64,000 nucleotides of DNA, taken from the NCBI GenBank assembly GCA_032718475.1, contig JAUCBJ010001275.1:1-64000 (forward strand), given 5' to 3'. Below the pieces are notes generated by a model. The model was not told the origin of the DNA. It searched no databases and saw nothing but the letters and a program-made list of their open reading frames with translations. Positions within the stretch are counted from its first letter, which is position 1, and the number at the start of each line of letters is the position of its first letter. Below, piece after piece: positions 25,957-38,733 of the stretch. The position numbers and the translations under genes were made by a program. The stretch comes from Nemertoderma westbladi. Lineage: Eukaryota > Animalia > Xenacoelomorpha.

Positions 25957-28784
25957 TAGTGTTGAGAACTGTAACTGTAATTATACTGTAACTGCAACTG
26001 TAACTGAATGGTTTTGATGATTTTTTTGATACTGTAACTATAACTGTAACTGTAATTGCGAATTTTGAATACTGTAACTGTAACTGAAACTGTAATTACG
26101 AATTTTGAATACTGTAACTGAAACTGAAATTAACAAAATCCGATTCAGTTCTCAATCACACAATTCACATGAATGAGCATTTAAAACAGTATTGTAATAA
26201 AGTATAGAGTATAGTTTAATAAATGAATAACAGTGGTTACCATATATGGTTACCATATATAATAGGTATCATTTTTAAAACATTGTTATAAAAAAACAAT
26301 CTCATTTTTTCCACTTCTGAACAAAACCATAATATTATACAATATAAAATCAAAGACCCATTGCCCACTTAGCTCAAATGTGATTTATTTGGCGAGTCAA
26401 GTAGTGAACGAAGATCTACAGTAGCATAGTCTATGTTTATCTGTCTCAACTATTAGACTATTATCAGCCTTATCACCACTTTTGCTTCATATTAAATGTA
26501 AATGTTTTAGATAAACAAAGAAAAGTTAGGCCTAATGGTAGAGGGATATTAACGGATATATATCTTACATTATTAATTATTAATGTTTTTACCGGTACTA
26601 TTAATATCACAATCACACTAGAGGCACACTGGAAATTAAATTTTGATCAAGTTTACCATTATAAATTACAAAATTAAACTTAAAAGTGAAAATAGCAGCT
26701 TATCGAGGTGGGTCTAACCAAAACAATAAATATATGATTACTAAAACAAATTACGAATTAAGGAAAATGAGCAGGATTCAGAAGCATGGCTTTATAACCA
26801 AAACAATAAATGATAACAGTACTGTACAAGCACTGAAACAAGATGTACAGTAAAATGTGGGTGCCTTTAGTTTAGTGTGATCTTGTGACGTGCCACTTTC
26901 ATTACATACTATCAGTATATTAGTTACAAAATATTACCATAGCGTGGGTCCAACTTTCCTACCACAACTACCTATTACAGTTAGGTACAATGGCCAAATC
27001 TGGCAACCTCAAAAGTTGCCACATATGGCAATGTTTATTGCCAAATCTGGCAACTTTTGGTTTTTCTAATTTTCGCACGCCCAGAAGCAAAATCGCATTT
27101 CGGTAAATAGTTAAGTGAAAAGAGCGCGAAATTTAAATATAATTGACCGTATAAGAAAAAAAATCATCGTCTGAATTTCTCTTAGCAAAAGGCCGAAATG
27201 TGCCTAAAATTATTATTGCCATTTTTGGCAACCATTAGAATTAAATCAAAATAATGGTTGCCATTTTTGGCAACCATTATTATAATAATAATAATAATAT
27301 AATATTGGTTATTTATATAGCGCTTTTCTACGCTCAGCATACTCAATGCGCTTTTATTATCATTAGGCCTACCCCAGCAAAGCCAGGTTCCCATTATACC
27401 GCTGGGTTGACATAGGCACTAATTATTGTGCAGCCCTGTCAGTTACTCTGTCATTGTAAATTAAAATTGCTCACAACTTGTTTCCCTTCTGCCCTTGTTG
27501 AGTTGTGGTGATTTATAAACATTAGTCCAGTAGTCGATGAAATGTCAGAATGTATATGTGATATGTTGTTAATACAGTCAGACAGTAATATGTTAATGGA
27601 CAGATGGATGAGTCTGTAACAGATACCGTACTGGCAGACTGGTATAAGCATAAACAAAACTAAATAATCACATGCTTCAAAGGCTGAAATGGAATTAAAC
27701 GTAATAATATTTGACTACGTGAAGCCACAAAGCAGCAAGCAGGCAAGGGGGCATTAAAGTTTGAGAAGAAAGAAGTGACAGAAGAAAAATATAATTTGTG
27801 TTAAAATTTAGAAAGACTGAGAAAACCAAAACGCGTGTTAAGAGCTTCAACCAAATTGTTTCTAGTAGGCCCTAATAAAAACGGGATGAAATGATTTACA
27901 TTATATGTAGGAATGGAAAGGTAGATATACCGTACTGAACTGATATAGAGTGAAGGACGATTTAGATTGCAGGGCACTTGTATCAGCATTACAGTTACAA
28001 TATTTAACTATTACAGTATTGGTACAACCAACAATCACCACCTCCCCAAGCAGCGCCAGAGATTACTAACAAAAATAAACTCAACCAGTCAGCCTGTGTT
28101 TGTCAGTTTGTGTTATTGAATCTCATTCTCACCTCATTTTATTCGAATATCTGGATATATTGCTGTATTCAGGTATTGGTTAGAATATGCCACTAGCGGT
28201 CCTATAAGTATAACCTGGCCCTACCCCTTAGGCCTAACATTTCAGGATCTAAGGAATGACCATAGAAGGACTTAATGACGCAGAACCTTATTCAATGAGT
28301 TAGTTAAGTTGCCAAATATGGCAACAACGGCTTTATATAGTTGCCAAATCAGGCAATCAGAAATGTAGCTAGATTTTGCTTGGTTGCCAAATATGGCAAT
28401 CACAATCATTGCCAGATTTGGCCATTGTACCTAACTGTATTAGCTCTAGAAAGAGGACGTTTCGTAATGAACATTAATATTAGCGTATATTACAGTAATA
28501 TATTAAAGTGCCTCATTTTTAGTTTCAGATGACTGCTTACTACGTGAGATCATATATATCAGTCAGTCAGTATATTGAATCTATAACTGAAACTGAAATG
28601 CTCAATTTTGTAATACTGAAACTGTAACTGTAACTGAAATGTTACACTTTGTAATACTGAAACTGTAACTGAAATGCAAAACTTTGAATACCGGTACTGA
28701 AACTGTAACTGAAATGCAAAACTTTGAATACTGAAACTGTAACTGTAACTGAAATTAGTCAAAATTGATTCAGTTCTCAACACT
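25957..28784. mobile_element. Composite hAT-like element with (T/A)AACTG subterminal repeats, interrupting the ~50-bp array
   Basis: TAGTGTTGAGAACTG ... CAGTTCTCAACACT; CGCGC on both sides as a partial TSD. Confidence 0.65.
26978..28437. mobile_element. Non-autonomous Tc1/mariner-pogo element
   Basis: TA TSD and perfect 29-bp TIR CAGTTAGGTACAATGGCCAAATCTGGCAA; TTGCCA..TGGCAA palindromic subterminal motifs. Confidence 0.88.
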
Positions 28785-29280
28785 CGCGCAGTATGAGATA
28801 CTGTAATAACAATCCATTGAAACGTTTAAAGAGACCTTCTTGCAGCATGTGGGGTACTCCAGTACTCTGTACAGCTGTAACAATCTATTGAAACATTTAA
28901 GATACCTTCGCGCAGTATATGGGATACTGAAACAATCCATTGAAATGTTTTAGAGACAACAATCTGGTCAAACGTTTAAGAGACCTTCATGCAGCGCGTT
29001 GGATAGGCCTACTGACTGACTGAAACAATCTATTGAATCGTTTAAAGATACCTTTGCGTAGTACTGTAGTATGTGAGATACTGAAACAATCCGTTGAAAC
29101 GATTAAGAGACATTCGTCCAGTATGTGGGGTACTGTAACAATCTGTTGAAACGTTTAAGAGACCTTCGTGCAGCCTGTTTATTACTGAAACAATATGTTG
29201 AAATGTTTACAGGTTTTACGAGACCTTCGCGCTGTAGGCCTATACAGGTATATGGGATACTGTAACAATCTGTTGAAATT
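28785..29280. repeat. Degenerate ~50-bp tandem repeat, right part
   Basis: Same unit as 25150-25956. Confidence 0.85.
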
Positions 29281-30779
29281 TCATAGTTAGGGTTAAGTTA
29301 GGCTAGTAGGCAGATACCGGTACAGTACTACACAATAAAACTGCAGTATTCCCTGTCTGTCTGTTTGTAGTCTGGTTCTGGTAGTAGTGAAGTGATACAC
29401 ACCCTCTGCCCAGCTGCCCTCCTACTGTCCTAATCCAGTAATGGTACACTTATACCTATATACCTACATTATACAAAAAAAATAGGGTCCGACGAATCTG
29501 TACCAAAAAGTACAAAAAAATACAAAATAGTACAAGAAAGTGCAAAAATAGTAGGCCTACAAAGGAGTGCAAAAAAAGTACAAAAGAGTACATTACATAC
29601 GTGTGAGAAACGCTTGCAAAACATGTATACAAGTGTAGTTCAAATCGTGTAGAGGGGCGCACTTGACTGCATGATGTGCAAAATAAAACAAAGCATTGTG
29701 GGGCAAGCCACGCATTGATCGAACAGCTCGAGCTCAAAAGTCAGGTAGTTGCTAGGCAGCTTGGCGGTAGATGAATAAACTGGTGGCGGTATATCAGTAT
29801 GTGGTCAGTCGGTCTCTCAGTCTCTGTCAGCGGTAGCGGTAGGCAATGGTAAAGCTGTAAAGGTACCGGTACAGGTACAGCTGTATGTGCCCGGAAGTAC
29901 AGAAGAAAAATAGGCCTACTGGCTGACTGGACTGCAGATCGGCAATCGGTACGGTACTTGTTGGTAGTATTATTAATTAGGCTACATAATACATATCTGC
30001 ATATGGCTACACACTTAAAATATATATATTTTTTTGAACCCTCTTTCGTTTATTTAGCCAATAATAATATAAATATACTACACAATACATTTAGCATTTA
30101 CGGGGGAAATTCAAACATACAAAAATACAATAACACAAAATCAATGAAATTTCTATTTTTAGTATTATTTATTAATCCTGTCCGTCGCAGCAGTCTGTCA
30201 GTGGTAACTGAACTACCCAGCAACCCCGCAGTCCGTGTCCGCGTTCGCCAGCCGTATGGAGGTGTCCAATATCGCGTGGTGAACTGGCCGCTTGGATGCG
30301 GAACGCGCCCCGCGAAGACACATGGACTGCAGAAGCGCAAAACTAATTTGTCTTCGGATCCAGGAAACGCAGTCGGAGTACCGGATTTCACGGATTTCAT
30401 AAAATAGATATATACTGTAGATAGATAGATACAACAATAACAAATACACAAAACAAGTATATTGTCCAACATGTATTATAGGCCTACTGTTGGATTACCA
30501 CTAAAGCTTTGCGTCAAGGTGGTCTTTGTTACTTTGTTTACAACTACAATATTACCTAAGCCTATAACAGTATGTACCATTTCGAATAATATAATAATTT
30601 TTTTAGGTGTTTGTTTATACAGACAGTAATGCGATATTATTTCTAGTTTATTGTAGCAATGATTGTCCGAGTGTGTTATTAATAATTATTGTTAACTAAT
30701 ATACTAAGAATATATATGCTGGGCGGCACCAAAACCGCACCATTTACCACCGTAAGACAGTAGGCTTATACATCTGAAT

Positions 30780-30864
30780 ATGTTGACTTTCAAATAAATT
30801 TGGTTTTCTACAATATGCCTATCTCTCGTTTATTGTTTTGGTTCCTTTCCTAACCTGCCTAAAG
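30780..30864 (+). pseudogene. Candidate signal-peptide exon with one in-frame TAA
   Basis: ATG, MLTFK*IWFSTICLSLVYCFGSFPNLPK, then G|GTAATG (phase-1 donor); no downstream exon identified. Confidence 0.3.
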
Positions 30865-33800
30865 GTAATGGAGCTGCTAAAGGTAATGGAGCTGCTAAAG
30901 GTAATGGAGCTGCTAAAGGTAGCAGAGCTGCTAAAGGTAGTGGAGCTGCTAAAGATAATGGAATTGCTAAAGGTAATGGAGCTGCTAAAGGTAGTGGAGC
31001 TGCTAAAGGTAGTGGAGCTGCTAAAGGTAATGGAGCTGCTAAAGGTAATGAATGGAGCTGCTAAATGTAGTGGAGCTGCTAAAGGTAGTGGAGCTGCTAA
31101 AGGTAGTGGAGCTGCTAAAGGTAGCGGAGCTGCTAAAGGTAGTGGAGCTGCTAAAGGTAGTGGAGCTGCTAAAGGTAGTGGAGCTGCTAAAGGTAGCGGA
31201 GCTGCTAAAGGTAGTGGAGCTGTTAAAGGTAATGGAGCTGCTAAAGGTAATGAATGGAGCTGTTAAAGGTAGTGCAGCTGCTAAAGGTAGTGGAGCTGCT
31301 AAAGGTAGTGGAGCTGCTAAAGGTAGTGGAGCTGCTAAAGGTAGTGGAGCTGCTAAAGGTAGTGGAGCTGCTAAAGGTAATGGAGCTGCTAAAGGTAGTG
31401 GAGCTGTTAAAGGTAATGGAGCTGCTAAAGGTAATGAATGGAGCTGTTAAAGGTAGTGCAGCTGCTAAAGGTAGTGGAGCTGCTAAAGGTAGTGGAGCTG
31501 CTAAAGGTAGTGGAGCTGTTAAAGGTAATGGAGCTGCTAAAGGTAATGAATGGAGCTGCTAAAGGTAATGGAGCTGCTAAAGGTAATGGAGCTGCTAAAG
31601 GTAGTGGAGCTGCTAAAGGTAGTGGAGCTGCTAATGGTAATGGAGTTGCTAAAGGTAATGGAGCTGCTAAAGGTAGTGGAGCTGCTAAAGGTAGTGGAGC
31701 TGCTAAAGGTAATGGAGTTGCTAAAGCTAGTGGAGCTGCTAAAGGTAATGGAGCTGCTAAAGGTAGTGGAGCTGCTAAAGGTAGTGGAGCTGCTAAAGGT
31801 AGTGGAGCTGCTAAAGGTAATAGAGCTGCTAAAGGTAGTGGAGCTGCTAAAGATAATGGAGCTGCTAAAGGTAATGGAGCTGCTAAAGGTAATGAATGGA
31901 GCTGCTAAAGGTAATGGAGCTGCTAAAGGTAGTCGAGCTGCTAAAGGTAATGGAGCTGCTAAAGGTAGTGGAGCTGCTAAAGGTAATGGAGATGCTTAAA
32001 GGTAGTCGAGCTGCTAAAGGTAATGGAGCTGCTAAAGGTAATGAATGGAGCTGCTAAAGGTAGTGGAGCTGCTAAAGGTAGTGGAGCTGCTAAAGGTAGT
32101 GGAGCTGTTAAAGGTAATGGAGCTGCTAAAGGTAATGAATGGAGCTGTTAAAGGTAGTGCAGCTGCTAAAGGTAGTGGAGCTGCTAAAGGTAGTGGAGCT
32201 GCTAAAGGTAGTGGAGCTGCTAAAGGTAGTGGAGCTGCTAAAGGTAGTGGAGCTGCTAAAGGTAATGGAGCTGCTAAAGGTAGTGGAGCTGTTAAAGGTA
32301 ATGGAGCTGCTAAAGGTAATGAATGGAGCTGTTAAAGGTAGTGCAGCTGCTAAAGGTAGTGGAGCTGCTAAAGGTAGTGGAGCTGCTAAAGGTAGTGGAG
32401 CTGTTAAAGGTAATGGAGCTGCTAAAGGTAATGAATGGAGCTGCTAAAGGTAATGGAGCTGCTAAAGGTAATGGAGCTGCTAAAGGTAGTGGAGCTGCTA
32501 AAGGTAGTGGAGCTGCTAAAGGTAATGGATTGCTAAAGGTAATGGAGCTGCTAAAGGTAGTGGAGCTGCTAAAGGTAGTGGAGCTGCTAAAGGTAATGGA
32601 GTTGCTAAAGCTAGTGGAGCTGCTAAAGGTAATGGAGCTGCTAAAGGTAGTGGAGCTGCTAAAGGTAGTGGAGCTGCTAAAGGTAGTGGAGCTGCTAAAG
32701 GTAGTGGAGCTGCTAAAGGTAATAGAGCTGCTAAAGGTAATGGAGCTGCTAAAGGTAATGGAGCTGCTAAAGGTAATGGAGCTGCTAAAGGTAATGAATG
32801 GAGCTGCTAAAGGTAATGGAGCTGCTAAAGGTAGTCGAGCTGCTAAAGGTAATGGAGCTGCTAAAGGTAGTGGAGCTGCTAAAGGTAATGGAGATGCTTA
32901 AAGGTAGTCGAGCTGCTAAAGGTAATGGAGCTGCTAAAGGTAATGAATGGAGCTGCTAAAGGTAGTGGAGCTGCTAAAGGTAGTGGAGCTGCTAAAGGTA
33001 GTGGAGCTGCTAAAGGTAATGGAGCTGCTAAAGGTAGTGGAGCTGCTAAAGGTAGTGGAGCTGCTAAAGGTAGTGGAGCTGCTAAAGGTAATGGAGCTGC
33101 TAAAGGTAGTGGAGCTGTTAAAGGTAATGGAGCTGCTAAAGGTAATGAATGGAGCTGTTAAAGGTAGTGCAGCTGCTAAAGGTAGTGGAGCTGCTAAAGG
33201 TAGTGGAGCTGCTAAAGGTAGTGGAGCTGTTAAAGGTAATGGAGCTGCTAAAGGTAATGAATGGAGCTGCTAAAGGTAATGGAGCTGCTAAAGGTAATGG
33301 AGCTGCTAAAGGTAGTGGAGCTGCTAAAGGTAGTGGAGCTGCTAAAGGTAATGGAGTTGCTAAAGGTAATGGAGCTGCTAAAGGTAGTGGAGCTGCTAAA
33401 GGTAGTGGAGCTGCTAAAGGTAATGGAGTTGCTAAAGCTAGTGGAGCTGCTAAAGGTAATGGAGCTGCTAAAGGTAGTGGAGCTGCTAAAGGTAGTGGAG
33501 CTGCTAAAGGTAGTGGAGCTGCTAAAGGTAATAGAGCTGCTAAAGGTAGTGGAGCTGCTAAAGATAATGGAGCTGCTAAAGGTAATGGAGCTGCTAAAGG
33601 TAATGAATGGAGCTGCTAAAGGTAATGGAGCTGCTAAAGGTAGTCGAGCTGCTAAAGGTAATGGAGCTGCTAAAGGTAGTGGAGCTGCTAAAGGTAATGG
33701 AGATGCTTAAAGGTAGTCGAGCTGCTAAAGGTAATGGAGCTGCTTTAGGGAGAGGAGCTGCTAAAGGTAGTGGAGCTGCTAAAGGTAGCGGAGCTGCTAA

Positions 33801-36800
33801 AGGTAATGGAGCTGCTAAAGGTAGTGGAGCTGCTAAAGGTAGTGGAGCTGCTAAAGGTAGTGGAGCTGCTAAAGGTAGCGGAGCTGCTAAAGGTAGTGGA
33901 GCTGCTAAAGGTAATGGAGCTGCTAAAGGTAATGGAGCTGTTAAAGGTAATGGAGCTGCTAAAGGTAGTGGAGCTGCTAAAGGTAGTGGAGCTGCTAAAG
34001 GTAGTGGAGCTGCTAAAGGTAGTGGAGCTGCTAAAGATAATGGAGCTGCTAAAGGTAATGGAGCTGTTAAAGGTAATGGAGTTGTTACAGGTAATGGAGC
34101 TGCTAAAGGTAGTGGAGCTGCTAAAGGTAGTGGAGCTGCTAAAGGTAGTGGAGCTGCTAAAGGTAATGGAGCTGCTAAAGATAATGGAGCTGCTAAAGGT
34201 AGTGGAGCTGCTAAAGGTAGTGGAGCTGCTAAAGGTAGTGGAGCTGCTAAAGGTAGTGGAGCTGCTAAAGGTAATGGAGCTGCTAAAGGTAATGGAGCTG
34301 CTAAAGGTAGTGGAGCTGCTAAAGGTAATGGAGCTGCTAAAGGTAATGGAGCTGCTAAAGGATAATGGAGCTGCTAAAGGTAGTGGAGCTGCTAAAGGTA
34401 GTGGAGCTGCTAAAGGTAAGTGGAGCTGCTAAAGGTAATGGAGCTGCTAAAGGTAATGGAGCTGCTAAAGGTAATGGAGCTGCTAAAGGTAATGGAGCTG
34501 CTAAAGGTAGTGGAGCTGTTAAAGGTAATGGAGCTGCTAAAGGTAATGGAGCTGCTAAAGGTAATGGAGCTGCTAAAGGTAATGGAGCTGTTAAAGGTAA
34601 TGGAGCTGCTATAGGTAATGGAGCTGCTAAAGGTAGCGAGCTGCTAAAGGTAATGGAGCTGCTAAAGGTAGTGGAGCTGCTAAAGGTAGTGGAGCTGCTA
34701 AAGGTAGTGGAGCTGCTAAAGGTAATGGAGCTGCTAAAGGTAGTGGAGCTGCTAAAGGTAATGGAGCTGTTAAAGGTAATGGAGTGTTACAGGTAATGGA
34801 GCTGCTAAAGGTAATGGAGCTGCTAAAGGTAATGGAGCTGTTAAAGGTAATGGAGCTGCTAAAGGTAATGGAGCTGCTAAAGGTAATGGAGCTGCTAAAG
34901 GTAATGGAGCTGCTAAAGGTAATGGAGCTGTTAAAGGTAATGGAGTTGTTACAGGTAATGGAGCTGCTAAAGGTAATGGAGCTGCTAAAGGTAATGGAGC
35001 TGCTAAAGGTAATGGAGCTGTTAAAGGTAATGGAGCTGTTAAAGGTAATGGAGCTGCTAAAGGTAATGGAGCTGCTAAAGGTAATGGAGCTGTTAAAGGT
35101 AATGGAGCTGCTAAAGGTAATGGAGCTGCTAAAGGTAATGGAGCTGCTAAAGGTAATGGAGCTGCTAAAGGTAATGGAGCTGCTAAAGGTAATGGAGCTG
35201 CTAAAGGTAGTGGAGCTGCTAAAGGTAGTGGAGCTGCTAAAGGTAATGAATGGAGCTGCTAAAGGTAATGGAGCTGCTAAAGGTAGTGGAGCTGCTAAAG
35301 GTAATGGAGCTGCTAAAGGTAGTGGAGCTGCTAAAGGTAGTGGAGCTGCTAAAGGTAGCTGGAGCTGCTAAAGGTAATGGAGCTGCTAAAGGTAGTGGAG
35401 CTGCTAAAGGTAATGGAGCTGCTAAAGGTAATGGAGCTGCTAAAGATAATGGAGCTGCTAAAGGTAGTGGAGCTGCTAAAGGTAGTGGAGCTGCTAAAGG
35501 TAGTGGAGCTGCTAAAGGTAATGGAGCTGCTAAAGGTAGTGGAGCTGCTAAAGGTAGTGGAGCTGCTAAAGGTAGTGGAGATGCTTAAAGGTAGTCGAGC
35601 TGCTAAAGGTAATGGAGCTGCTTTAGGGAGTGGAGCTGCTAAAGGTAATGGAGCTGTTAAAGGTAATGGAGCTGTTAAAGGTAATGGAGCTGCTAAAGGT
35701 AGTCGAGCTGCTAAAGGTAATGGAGCTGCTAAAGGTAATGGAGCTGCTAAAGGTAATGGAGCTGCTAAAGGTAATGGAGCTGCTAAAGGTAATGGAGCTG
35801 CTAAAGGTAATGGAGCTGCTAAAGGTAATGGAGCTGCTAAAGGTAATGGAGCTGCTAAAGGTAATGGAGCTGCTAAAGGTAATGGAGCAGCTAAAGGTAA
35901 TGGAGCTGCTAAAGGTAATGGAGCTGCTAAAGGTAATGGAGCTGCTAAAGGTAATGGAGCTGCTAAAGGTAATGGAGCTGCTAAAGGTAATGGAGCTGCT
36001 AAAGGTAATGGAGCAGCTAAAGGTAATGGAGCTGCTAAAGGTAATGGAGCTGTTAAAGGTAATGGAGCTGTTAAAGGTAATGGAGCTGCTAAAGGTAATG
36101 AATGGAGCTGCTAAAGGTAATGGAGCTGCTAAAGGTAATGGAGATGCTTAAAGGTAGTCGAGCTGCTAAAGGTAATGGAGCTGCTTTAGGGAGTGGAGCT
36201 GCTAAAGGTAATGGAGCTGTTAAAGGTAATGGAGCTGTTAAAGGTAGTGGAGCTGTTAAAGGTAATGGAGCTGCTAAAGGTAATGAATGGAGCTGCTAAA
36301 GGTAATGGAGCTGCTAAAGGTAATGGAGCTGCTAAAGGTAATGGAGCTGCTAAAGGTAATGGAGCTGCTAAAGGTAGTGGAGCTGCTAAAGGTAATGGAG
36401 CTGCTAAAGGTAATGAATGGAGCTGCTAAAGGTAATGGAGCTGCTAAAGGTAATGGAGCTGCTAAAGGTAGTGGAGCTGCTAAAGGATAATGGAGCTGCT
36501 AAAGGTAATGGAGCTGCTAAAGGGAATTAATGGAGCTGCTAAAGGTAGTCGAGCTGCTAAAGGTAATGGAGCTGCTTTAGGGAGTGGAGCTGCTAAAGGT
36601 AATGGAGCTGTTAAAGGTAATGGAGCTGTTAAAGGTAGTGGAGCTGCTAAAGGTAATGGAGCTGCTTTAGGGAGTGGAGCTGCTAAAGGTAATGGAGCTG
36701 CTAAAGGTAATGGAGCTGCTAAAGGTAGTGGAGCTGCTAAAGGTAATGGAGCTGCTAAAGGTAGTGGAGCTGCTAAAGGTAGTGGAGCTGCTAAAGGTAG

Positions 36801-38733
36801 TGGAGCTGCTAAAGGTAGTGGAGCTGCTAAAGGTAATGGAGCTGCTAAAGGGAGTGGAGCTGCTAAAGGTAATGGAGCTGCTAAAGGTAGTGGAGCTGCT
36901 AAAGGTAGTGGAGCTGCTAAAGGTAGTGGAGCTGCTAAAGGAATAATGGAGCTGCTAAAGGTAATGGAGCTGCTAAAGGTAGTGGAGCTGCTAAAGGTAA
37001 TGGAGCTGCTAAAGGTAATGGAGCTGCTAAAGGTAATGGAGCTGCTAAAGGTAGTGGAGCTGCTAAAGGTAATAGAGCTGCTAAAGATAATGGAGCTGCT
37101 AAAGGTAATGGAGCTGCTAAAGGTAATGGAGCTGCTAAAGGTAATGGAGCTGCTAAAGGTAGTGGAGCTGCTAAAGGTAGTGGAGCTGCTAAAGGTAGTG
37201 GAGCTGTTAAAGGTAATGGAGCTGCTAAAGGTAGTGGAGCTGCTAAAGGTAATGGAGCTGCTAAAGGTAGTGGAGCTGCTAAAGGTAATGGAGCTGCTAA
37301 AGGTAATGGAGCTGCTAAAGGGAATTAATGGAGCTGCTAAAGGTAGTGGAGCTGCTAAAGGTAGTGGAGCTGCTAAAGGTAGTGGAGCTGCTATAGGTAG
37401 TGGAGCTGCTAAAGGTAGTCGAGCTGCTAAAGGTAATGGAGCTGCTAAAGATAATGGAGCTGCTAAAGGTAATGGAGCTGCTTAAAGGTAATGGAGCTGC
37501 TAAAGGTAATGGAGCTGCTAAAGGTAATGGAGCTGCTAAAGGTAATGGAGCTGCTAAAGGTAATGGAGCTGCTTAAAGGTAATGGAGCTGCAAAGGTAAT
37601 GGAGCTGCTAAAGGTAATGGAGCTGCTAAAGGTAGTGGAGCTGCTAAAGGTAATGGAGATGCTTAAAGGTAATGGAGCTGCAAAAGGTAATGGAGCTGCT
37701 AAAGGTAATGGAGCTGCTAAAGGGAATTAATGGAGCTGCTAAAGGTAGTGGAGCTGCTATAGGTAGTGGAGCTGCTAAAGGTAGTGGAGCTGCTATAGGT
37801 AGTGGAGCTGCTAAAGGTAGTCGAGCTGCTAAAGGTAATAGAGCTGCTAAAGATAATGGAGCTGCTAAAGGTAATGGAGATGCTTAAAGGTAATGGAGCT
37901 GCAAAAGGTAATGGAGCTGCTAAAGGTAGTGGAGCTGCTAAAGGTAGTGGAGCTGCTAAAGGTAGTGGAGCTGTTAAAGGTAATGGAGCTGCTAAAGGTA
38001 ATGAATGGAGCTGCTAAAGGTAATGGAGCTGCTAAAGGGATTAATGGAGCTGCTAAAGGTAGTCGAGCTGCTAAAGGTAATGGAGCTGCTTTAGGGAGTG
38101 GAGCTGCTAAAGGTAATGGAGCTGTTAAAGGTAATGGAGCTGTTAAAGGTAGTGGAGCTGTTAAAGGTAATGGAGCTGCTAAAGGTAATGGAGCAGCTAA
38201 AGGTAGTGGAGCTGCTAAAGGTAGTGGAGCTGCTAAAGGTAATGGAGCTGCTAAAGGTAATGGAGCTGCTAAAGATAATGGAGCTGCTAAAGGTAGTGGA
38301 GCTGCTAAAGGTAATGGAGCTGCTAAAGGTAATGGAGCTGCTAAAGGTAATGGAGCTGCTAAAGGTAATGGAGCTGCTAAAGGTAATGGAGCTGCTAAAG
38401 GTAGTGGAGCTGCTAAAGGTAATGGAGCTGCTAAAGGTAATGGAGCTGCTAAAGATAATGGAGCTGCTAAAGGTAGTGGAGCTGCTAAAGGTAATGGAGC
38501 TGCTAAAGGTAATGGAGCTGCTAAAGGTAATGGAGCTGCTAAAGGTAATGGAGCTGCTAAAGGTAGTGGAGCTGCTAAAGGTAGTGGAGCTGCTAAAGGT
38601 AATGGAGCTGCTAAAGGTAATGGAGCTGCTAAAGGTAATGGAGCTGCTAAAGGTAGTGGAGCTGCTAAAGGTAGTGGAGCTGCTAAAGGTAGCGGAGCTG
38701 CTAAAGGTAATGGAGCTGCTAAAGGTAATGGAG
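30855..38733. repeat. 18-bp tandem array (CTGCTAAAGGTA(A/G)TGGAG), about 435 copies
   Basis: Seen directly; it generates all the VMELLK/GAAKGN ORFs; frequent frame-breaking indel variants. Confidence 0.98.

Noticed and set aside
25150-29280. CRISPR-like repeats (ATTGAAAC, GTTTAAGAG)
   Set aside because: The repeats are degenerate, the intervening sequence is also repeated (no unique spacers), there are no cas genes, and the context is eukaryotic.
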